Source: an uncultured virus (IMG/VR IMGVR_UViG_3300031853_000026)
Lineage: Duplodnaviria > Heunggongvirae > Uroviricota > Caudoviricetes
DNA: 64,000 bases
IMG/VR virus record: IMGVR_UViG_3300031853_000026
Direction: 5' to 3' (one strand)
Part shown: positions 57,675-64,000 of the stretch, piece by piece
How the letters are laid out: every line of letters begins with the position of its first letter
How positions within the stretch are numbered: the first letter of the stretch is position 1
Notes under the pieces: model-generated
Told to the model about the DNA's origin: nothing
The model's input: the letters and a program-made list of their open reading frames with translations, nothing else
Database searches by the model: none
Translations under genes and position numbers: made by a program

Positions 57675-58250
57675 TTATGAAGGTAATCCTGGATTAGATA
57701 AATTATTTGTTTTGAATTTAGATAAGAAGCTTCCCATTGTAAGCAATATATCTTTCACGTTAGCTGTACCATTTAATAGGGGAACGTTGTATTTTTCACA
57801 ATATAACCTGATTTGTGAATACATCATGTGTTGTTCTCCACATCTAACAATTGCTTTTCCTGTTTTGAGATTTGTACCAAATTCAAGAATAGGAACAGGG
57901 GATTTGCTTTTATTCATAATGTTAATAAACACTATATCAGCCATATCCTGCATCTGCATTCTCCATTGCATTGTTTGTACAAATTCTGGGTTATTCAGGT
58001 CTGGTGCTACTTGATTCTGAGGTGGTACATGAGGATTGAATATAACAAATCTCGTAGTCTTATACATTAACAATCCTTTTATCGGATCTGTTAATTGTAC
58101 TATTCCATTCTGAAATTTTGTTTGCCAATCATTATCTGATGAACCAAAATCCATTGTACCAGCTAGATATATTTTTAAGGCCTCTGTCGTCATCTGAGGT
58201 AGTTGATCACCTGGATACAAGACCATTATTCTATCGTTTAAATTTTGCAT
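57675..58250 (-). CDS. Nucleoside 2-deoxyribosyltransferase-like protein
   Basis: KIYLAG...DWQ...IFNP...QW..Q.MADIVF...SPVPILEFG. Confidence 0.7.
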   Translation of the reverse strand: MQNLNDRIMVLYPGDQLPQMTTEALKIYLAGTMDFGSSDNDWQTKFQNGIVQLTDPIKGLLMYKTTRFVIFNPHVPPQNQVAPDLNNPEFVQTMQWRMQMQDMADIVFINIMNKSKSPVPILEFGTNLKTGKAIVRCGEQHMMYSQIRLYCEKYNVPLLNGTANVKDILLTMGSFLSKFKTNNLSNPGLPS

Positions 58251-58370
58251 GATTTTAAATATTTTATTTTAACATCAGATTTAAGGATTTTGTATTTATT
58301 AAAACACCTTTTTCGATATTTCACAAACCACTCAATACTTTATATTTGATAATCAATAAAATATAAAATT

Positions 58371-59252
58371 ATGATACAGAAAATACCGATAATTTTCAGC
58401 AGAACGGATCTGAAGGTTGATACAAAGGTAAGTAAGAAAAATGACATTGGGGAATTCATATCAGTATTTAATAAACTGTATGAAAGCTCCGTTTACTACA
58501 CTTCTGATTTTCTTAATGTAATTGCTGCATTGGATTCTTTTTTGTGGGAATATGAAATGTGCGTTCAAAATAAAATTGATGTGGATGAATTTGAAAGAGA
58601 CATTAAATTCTTAAATGAAGCACGTGTAAATGTTCCTGTTCCCTACAAAAGAAAAAATTTTGGATTGATAAAGAGAGTTGATGTAGATAATTCTGGTATA
58701 TTTCAGGAGTTCACAGTAGATGAATTATTCTACAAAGCTAGAGACGAAAAATCTGTAACTATATACCATTGTACATCTAAGTTAGGGAATATTAGCCTAA
58801 ACATAGAAACCTCCGGTACCTATACCTTAATAAAATCAGCTAAGACACTCATTGTGGACGAATCTGGAAAAAATCCATCTATTTATGTTGATTTTGTCAA
58901 GGATGCATTAGGCACTAAAGAAGAGCTCAGTAAATATATTCCTATATGGGATACATTGACTTACCCTGGTATCTATACTGGCTATATTGATTTTCTCAGA
59001 CAGATCAAGGATGATTCTTTCGATCCAAAAACAGCTGAAGTAGATTTGAATTTTTATGCAGATAAATTCAACAATGTCTTGAAATACCCAACAAGAATAT
59101 ATAGGGGTGCTAAACTTTATCAGTACACATCTATTCTTTGTGAATTTATGTCGAAAGTAGTATGCCTCTGTAAAATTTCTATGGGAGATAAAGCACCAAC
59201 TCCAACATTAGTTCTGAAAGATAATAAAGAATTTAGTTTCGAATGGAATTAA
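58371..59252 (+). CDS. Hypothetical protein
   Basis: 293-aa ORF. Confidence 0.85.
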   Translation: MIQKIPIIFSRTDLKVDTKVSKKNDIGEFISVFNKLYESSVYYTSDFLNVIAALDSFLWEYEMCVQNKIDVDEFERDIKFLNEARVNVPVPYKRKNFGLIKRVDVDNSGIFQEFTVDELFYKARDEKSVTIYHCTSKLGNISLNIETSGTYTLIKSAKTLIVDESGKNPSIYVDFVKDALGTKEELSKYIPIWDTLTYPGIYTGYIDFLRQIKDDSFDPKTAEVDLNFYADKFNNVLKYPTRIYRGAKLYQYTSILCEFMSKVVCLCKISMGDKAPTPTLVLKDNKEFSFEWN

Positions 59253-60124
59253 CTGATTCATACGTAATTAATTTTCCTAAGCCTGATGGTTTCGACAATA
59301 AATCATTTTCCCCTCCGTTTCCAAGTAAGGAGGAAGGTATTAGAGAACTTTATAGAAGGTTCATATTAAATGTACTTCCAATATACGAAAAGATCTCACA
59401 GGATAACCCAGAAAAAAGAGTGAAGAATCATGTAATGAGAAATCTAGCTGACATATTTTACTCAAGGTGGGAACCTGAATACAATGGTAAAAATGGCGGT
59501 TTCTTGAAATGGTCTATGAGACAGTTTCCGGATAATTTATTCAGTGTAAAAGAATTCGGAGAAAATTCACATTACGAATACAATTACCTCGACTATTATA
59601 GTAACTGTATATTTGATCCCTTTTTCGATATACATAGTTTTTATGAAAGACATCAGTATTCTAAAGCAACCGGTACAAAACATTTCCTGTCTTTCATAGG
59701 AATAGTTGATGATATCACAACAAAAATATTAATAAGAGAAGGATCCTCAACACCTAATGTAGAGATTACAAGCCCTAAGGGAGAAATACTTACTATATCT
59801 TCCAAGGAAGAATTTGATGAGATATGTAAGGGCATGTGTGATATGAATTGTGAGGCACAAACAAACTTATGTCTGAACTCAAAACTTCAAACGTGGGGTT
59901 TTAATACCGGAAGATTTCTTGATAGTATTCCGAGATCTTTTAAATTCAGTGAAGATGATCTTGAACTGATTAATAAGTTCCTCGGAGGGGGTGAAGATTC
60001 CCCAGTGTACACAAGCCTCTACTTGGATCGAATATTATCGAACCTGATAGCTATATCTCTTTATATTGATACAAAATTCATAATAACCGTAGAAAATAAT
60101 AACGTTAAATTAATACAAGTATGA
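59243..60124 (+). CDS. Hypothetical protein
   Basis: 293-aa ORF, coupled to its neighbours. Confidence 0.85.
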   Translation: MELTDSYVINFPKPDGFDNKSFSPPFPSKEEGIRELYRRFILNVLPIYEKISQDNPEKRVKNHVMRNLADIFYSRWEPEYNGKNGGFLKWSMRQFPDNLFSVKEFGENSHYEYNYLDYYSNCIFDPFFDIHSFYERHQYSKATGTKHFLSFIGIVDDITTKILIREGSSTPNVEITSPKGEILTISSKEEFDEICKGMCDMNCEAQTNLCLNSKLQTWGFNTGRFLDSIPRSFKFSEDDLELINKFLGGGEDSPVYTSLYLDRILSNLIAISLYIDTKFIITVENNNVKLIQV

Positions 60125-60858
60125 GTGTAAGTATAAAGCTCGACTTCTCTCTTAAAAAAGAGGAACGAAATAAAGAACTTCAGAGAATAATTTCTGATAT
60201 GAATGATGACAGAAATCGAGATGATTACTTTTCTGCAAAGCATCATCTCGATTCTTTCGCAGTCGGTCATTTCAGCCCAAATTCATCTCGTAGTATTCGA
60301 TTTGATTACAAACGTGTTATCTCATCATTCGGAGTAGTTGGTCATAATCTGTTCCAAACACGAGATCTTGATTATAAGGTGAAATGGGACAACAAAACAA
60401 AGAGTGAAGTTATTACTTTTGTGGGTAAGCGCAATGATGTAACTCTTGTGATGAAGCTTACAAAAGAAAAAACATATTGCTCTAAGTTCGAAGCTTATTT
60501 GTGCGATGATTCAGGAGCTAATCCGATCTACTGTATCTCTTCTAATGAAGAAGCACAGAAAATCTGTAATACATATTGCAGACACGGATATGGAAGTACT
60601 ACTGAATTAAAGGAAAAGATCAATGACTTAGTTAAAGATCCTGTAAATCCTGTAAAAAAGGAGGGATTAGAGCAGTTTTTGGCTGATCTCTTCAATTACA
60701 GAATTCACGATTATGCACATCTTTTCAGAGAACAAATAGATCTCCTTCTAACATTCGTAGCGAGATCCGTATCATTGGATTATGACAGTGCTACGAGAAC
60801 AACGACAGCAAGAATAGAACTTCTCTCTAAAGAAAATATGAATTTAGCTCCAAAATAG
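60121..60858 (+). CDS. Hypothetical protein
   Basis: 245-aa ORF. Confidence 0.85.
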   Translation: MSVSIKLDFSLKKEERNKELQRIISDMNDDRNRDDYFSAKHHLDSFAVGHFSPNSSRSIRFDYKRVISSFGVVGHNLFQTRDLDYKVKWDNKTKSEVITFVGKRNDVTLVMKLTKEKTYCSKFEAYLCDDSGANPIYCISSNEEAQKICNTYCRHGYGSTTELKEKINDLVKDPVNPVKKEGLEQFLADLFNYRIHDYAHLFREQIDLLLTFVARSVSLDYDSATRTTTARIELLSKENMNLAPK

Positions 60859-60860
60859 AA

Positions 60861-60962
60861 ATGGAAGAGGTAATATTTGCAGGAATAATAATAGTTCTTA
60901 TTGTAATTAACATCTTTAGAAGCAACAGAGATGGAAACTGCACTTTCAACCCAAACGACTGA
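60861..60962 (+). CDS. Putative 33-aa single-TM peptide
   Basis: MEEVIFAGIIIVLIVINIFRSNRDGNCTFNPND, starting 2 nt after the upstream stop. Confidence 0.45.
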   Translation: MEEVIFAGIIIVLIVINIFRSNRDGNCTFNPND

Positions 60963-61260
60963 ATGGAAAATCTACAAAACATTCAAGTCTATTGTCGATT
61001 TCGAAATCGATTTCTCATTAAAGAAATCATTAAGAGAAATTGGTATCGTATTTGACGTAACAGATCAGGGACTTACAATGCTCTATAACACAGGAAGAAT
61101 TAAGACCTTTAAGGTAAATAGCTCAATCAATAGTGGAAGTGTTGTTTGGTGGGATATGAACAACAATGAATTTGAAGTCCTCCCATCATTCACCAAAATG
61201 TACTTCTCGAAGAACAAAAAAGAGCTTGGTTGGGCAAATATCGAATATATTGACGATTAA
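60931..61260 (+). CDS. Hypothetical protein
   Basis: 109-aa ORF. Confidence 0.7.
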   Translation: METALSTQTTEWKIYKTFKSIVDFEIDFSLKKSLREIGIVFDVTDQGLTMLYNTGRIKTFKVNSSINSGSVVWWDMNNNEFEVLPSFTKMYFSKNKKELGWANIEYIDD

Positions 61261-61286
61261 GAAAAATACCGTCTAAAAAACGATAT

Positions 61287-61365
61287 AAACCTTAAATATG
61301 TATTAATTAAAATAAATTAATCAGAATATAAACGTAAAAATTTATATTCTGATTTTTTCTTTTTG
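61287..61365 (+). promoter_or_regulatory. Promoter-like motif + hairpin + U-tract module
   Basis: AAACCTTAAATATG...AATCAGAATATAAA-CGTAAAAA-TTTATATTCTGATT-TTTT; hairpin loop shared with 21007-21041. Confidence 0.6.
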
Positions 61366-61476
61366 AAAATTCATACCCTGCATCTCCAGGGTTAATATAT
61401 TATCATCAACACCGATGAGATTGAGTTCCCGGATGGGAATCAGGTGCTGATAAAAACCTTAAAAAACATAAAAAAA

Positions 61477-61953
61477 ATGGCAACACTTGAAAACAACAAC
61501 GATCAGAATCAGATGGATTTCGACATGCAGCTCGCTGTCACCAAGGAGCAGAACCGCCACGAGGAAGAAATGGCAAGAATCAACGCATGCAACTCTCAAG
61601 AGGATCGAAAGATCACTCTCGACGAGAAACGCGTCGATTCCGACATCGAAGAAGCGAAGGTAAGGATCAAAGCCACCGAGGCTAAGATCGCAGCTGACAA
61701 GGCGGAAAACGACTCCGCTCTCGCAGTAAGGAAAACGGGAATGGCCCTCTTGGGTCAACTCGTAGGTCTGGCCGAGAAGGCCCTTGATCTCAAGTTGAAG
61801 CAGGAAGAGATCCGCTTTAACTTCAACAAGGCCTACGACGCCTTCCGCTCGGGAGCGGACGTAGAGATCGGCGACATAAAGCTGACTCACCCTACCACCG
61901 TCACCTCTGACACTACAGTTGGCAAGACCGCTCAAGGTCCGTCACTGAAGTAG
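61477..61953 (+). CDS. Coiled-coil hypothetical protein (higher GC)
   Basis: Start reassigned to the A-run ATG at 61477. Confidence 0.85.
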   Translation: MATLENNNDQNQMDFDMQLAVTKEQNRHEEEMARINACNSQEDRKITLDEKRVDSDIEEAKVRIKATEAKIAADKAENDSALAVRKTGMALLGQLVGLAEKALDLKLKQEEIRFNFNKAYDAFRSGADVEIGDIKLTHPTTVTSDTTVGKTAQGPSLK

Positions 61954-61981
61954 TGTAGTAACCTGATCGCACCACATTTTT

Positions 61982-62077
61982 AACAAACCCCAAATCCCCG
62001 CCACACAGCCCTAACGCCAACATCAGCGGTTATACACACCGACCGAGGGCCTGGCTGGGAGGGGTTTGTTTTTTTTT
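61982..62077 (+). terminator. Long nested 3' stem-loop with T-tract
   Basis: AACAAACCCC...GCCCT...AGGGC...GGGGTTTGTT-T7. Confidence 0.65.
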
Positions 62078-62084
62078 GCTCGTT

Positions 62085-62576
62085 TTAAAGATCTATTTCA
62101 TCTGTCAATTTGAAGTTTCTGATACACCTACTAAATTTAACAGTATTCCAATCTCTATCTATTTTTGATGTATGGAATATTTCTTTTATTGTTACTGGAT
62201 TCTGTATTAACTTCAATTCTTCATATAACTTATTCATTATATTTTCATTCTTGAAATCATTTATAGTGAATAAGTTATCTCTATTTTTCCAGATCACTTC
62301 ATTCATTGTTTCGAAAGATTTGTGAAAGAGTTGAACAACATCATCAACATCAACAAACCATTCATTCAGAAAATCGAGTTTATAACCAAGAGATTTAAGG
62401 TATGTATGAACTCTAGCTTCATCTAGACTACTTCCTTCTCTCGTTGCAATCAATTCAGAAAATGGATTGTGATATTTATAAGAATCAATTCTATTCTTTA
62501 AATCACTGGAATAACCAACCTTTAATGCTGTTTTATTAGCACTTCTACCAAATGTTCTTATTAAATATAATGACAT
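62085..62576 (-). CDS. GIY-YIG-like (T5orf172/MUG113-type) nuclease domain protein
   Basis: LYLI...LKVGYSSDLKNRI..Y.YHNP...DE..VH..L...NEWF; paralog of 17150..17548. Confidence 0.7.
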   Translation of the reverse strand: MSLYLIRTFGRSANKTALKVGYSSDLKNRIDSYKYHNPFSELIATREGSSLDEARVHTYLKSLGYKLDFLNEWFVDVDDVVQLFHKSFETMNEVIWKNRDNLFTINDFKNENIMNKLYEELKLIQNPVTIKEIFHTSKIDRDWNTVKFSRCIRNFKLTDEIDL

Positions 62577-62715
62577 GATTTTTTTTATTTAATTCAGTAT
62601 TAAGGTATTACAAGCTGATTAATGGCATAAAGATAAAAACAGAGGATATAAATCCCCCCAAAAATCTTAGTGTTGATAGTAAAATAAATTATTAACATTA
62701 TAATAATATAAAATT

Positions 62716-63360
62716 ATGACAGTAAATAACAACAACCGTCCAATCATTATCGCTGTTGACGTAGATGGTAATTCTTTCTCAGTTATTCTCAAACAGAACG
62801 ACATGTATTCAAGATTCCAATCTAATTTTAAGAACCTGGCTAAAGAGAAATTGTTCCCGGCACTTAAGGGTCCTGATTCAATGGATGTTAAGAAGTTTGT
62901 GGATTCTTCTAATGAGGAGAACTTGAAAATAACATTCTCTTACAATAGCGAGAGGAGCATTGACTGGAAGAATGAGTCACCGGTATTTGCTAATGCTGTT
63001 ATGGGATTCATCATGGAATTCACAGAGAAGGCAATCCGACAAATGCTTGATTCTTCTGAGTTTGTGCCGTTGAGTGGATATTCTTTCTCTAAATTGAAAG
63101 AGGAATCTAAACGAGCTCTGACTGAACGCAGAAAATTGATCTTAATTAAAACATTTGATCAGTACGAGAAAATGGGTACAGTAGAGAATGAGAACAAGTA
63201 TAAGTTTGATATAAAAATACTCGATCCCGAAAAAGATAGAACTGAGTATGCAAACGTTTATCTGATCCTTCAAAACGAAGACCCCAAAGCTGCTCAGAAA
63301 GAATTGACAAAAAAATATCTCAGTGAATTGAGATTCACTGATTGGAATAACTGGCTCTAA
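62716..63360 (+). CDS. Hypothetical protein
   Basis: 214-aa ORF. Confidence 0.85.
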   Translation: MTVNNNNRPIIIAVDVDGNSFSVILKQNDMYSRFQSNFKNLAKEKLFPALKGPDSMDVKKFVDSSNEENLKITFSYNSERSIDWKNESPVFANAVMGFIMEFTEKAIRQMLDSSEFVPLSGYSFSKLKEESKRALTERRKLILIKTFDQYEKMGTVENENKYKFDIKILDPEKDRTEYANVYLILQNEDPKAAQKELTKKYLSELRFTDWNNWL

Positions 63361-63381
63361 ATCATTAACTAATTTCGAAAT

Positions 63382-63431
63382 AAAAAAAAAATACAATAAG
63401 ATCTTAAAAAGTCTTATTGTATTTTTTTTTT
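63382..63431. terminator. Bidirectional intrinsic terminator
   Basis: A10-TACAATAAGA...TCTTATTGTA-T10 between convergent genes. Confidence 0.85.
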
Positions 63432-63456
63432 AATCAAAATAGTAGTGTGTAACGCA

Positions 63457-63999
63457 TTAGAACAATCTCATGCAGAGAGATTTAGCAACACTTGTTTGGT
63501 TGCCAAGACCAGTACGGTTCATGGCGTCCCTGTTGGCAAGGTTGTTGGTCTCAGCAGTGAGTCTGTTCCGCTGTTCCTCGAACTTCCTCTGGTTGTCCGC
63601 AGCAACAGTAGCTGTGGTTTTACCGAAATATCGGTTGTACAACCACACGCAGCCTAATGTTACTAACACGGATGCTGCGACGGTTATAATTATCGTCCAG
63701 CCCGGGTGTTTGATAATGAACTGTAATATTCCGTTCTTCATCCTCGCAAAGAAGCCGGGCTTTTCAGCTGGCTGTTGCGGGTTCTGAGCGGGTGCCGTTC
63801 CGGGGATTTGAGGTGCCACAGGAGTGGTGCCAGGAACCTGTACGCCCTGCTGGGCGAGGTTCTGCATCATCTGCTGCTGTTGCTGTGCGGTTCCAACTGC
63901 AACGGTCTGGCCGTTTGCAAGACCAGCCTGTACATTGGGGTTGCTCAGCAACTGAACGAGCATGTTGGGATCGAGATTGATCGCCATGCCTGCAGGTGC
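63457..63999 (-). CDS. Q/P-rich single-TM protein, probably 5'-truncated by the window edge
   Basis: The frame stays open to the window end (GCA CCT GCA GGC ATG); TM segment WTIIITVAASVLVTLGCVWLY. Confidence 0.8.
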   Translation of the reverse strand, partial: APAGMAINLDPNMLVQLLSNPNVQAGLANGQTVAVGTAQQQQQMMQNLAQQGVQVPGTTPVAPQIPGTAPAQNPQQPAEKPGFFARMKNGILQFIIKHPGWTIIITVAASVLVTLGCVWLYNRYFGKTTATVAADNQRKFEEQRNRLTAETNNLANRDAMNRTGLGNQTSVAKSLCMRLF

Positions 64000-64000
64000 A

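Noticed and set aside
2082..62051. Shared 10-mer ACCGAGGGCC at about 2082 and 62042
   Set aside because: It is too short, and in different structural contexts, to distinguish from chance.
1..64000. TAG-to-Gln recoding as in Lak megaphages and some crAss-like phages
   Set aside because: Long ORFs tile the window in code 11, and TAG is a true stop after the SSB DDLPF tip and after rtcB.
1..64000. tRNA, rRNA, integrase, transposase or reverse transcriptase genes
   Set aside because: None were recognised by eye; tRNAscan-SE and HMM searches would be needed to exclude them formally.

Overview
This is a gene-dense, AT-rich segment of a large (jumbo-type) dsDNA phage genome in standard code 11. 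Start codons are preceded by A-runs instead of Shine-Dalgarno sites, which suggests a Bacteroidota host (inference). Minus-strand core blocks encode class III ribonucleotide reductase NrdD (broken by a group I intron at the left edge), a P-loop kinase, a ParM/StbA-like actin, dUTPase and GroEL+GroES. A second block holds a type II topoisomerase A subunit, SSB, a 5'-3' exonuclease, a SWIM finger and an Mre11-Rad50 (SbcD-SbcC) fusion. Between these lie many accessory genes, including RtcB, a metallophosphoesterase, a RibD-C reductase, an SF2 helicase with a degenerate Walker A, two GIY-YIG-like proteins, paralog arrays and a Rho homolog lacking its RNA-binding domain. The most striking structure is non-coding: (1) a recurrent promoter-like motif (YYTYAAAnCYTTAnAnnTG) on both strands, often followed immediately by a hairpin and U-tract before the gene; (2) near-identical regulatory modules attached to unrelated ORFs; (3) C/A-rich, G-poor tails after the stop codons of the higher-GC cassettes; (4) three candidate small RNAs with GUGA-capped hairpins; (5) an inverted-repeat-bounded origin-like element; and, among proteins, (6) a family sharing an N-terminal MILYRTKxF leader. 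Together these suggest a phage termination/antitermination and cassette-shuffling system, possibly involving the Rho-like protein. All calls come from reading motifs by eye; no database search was run.
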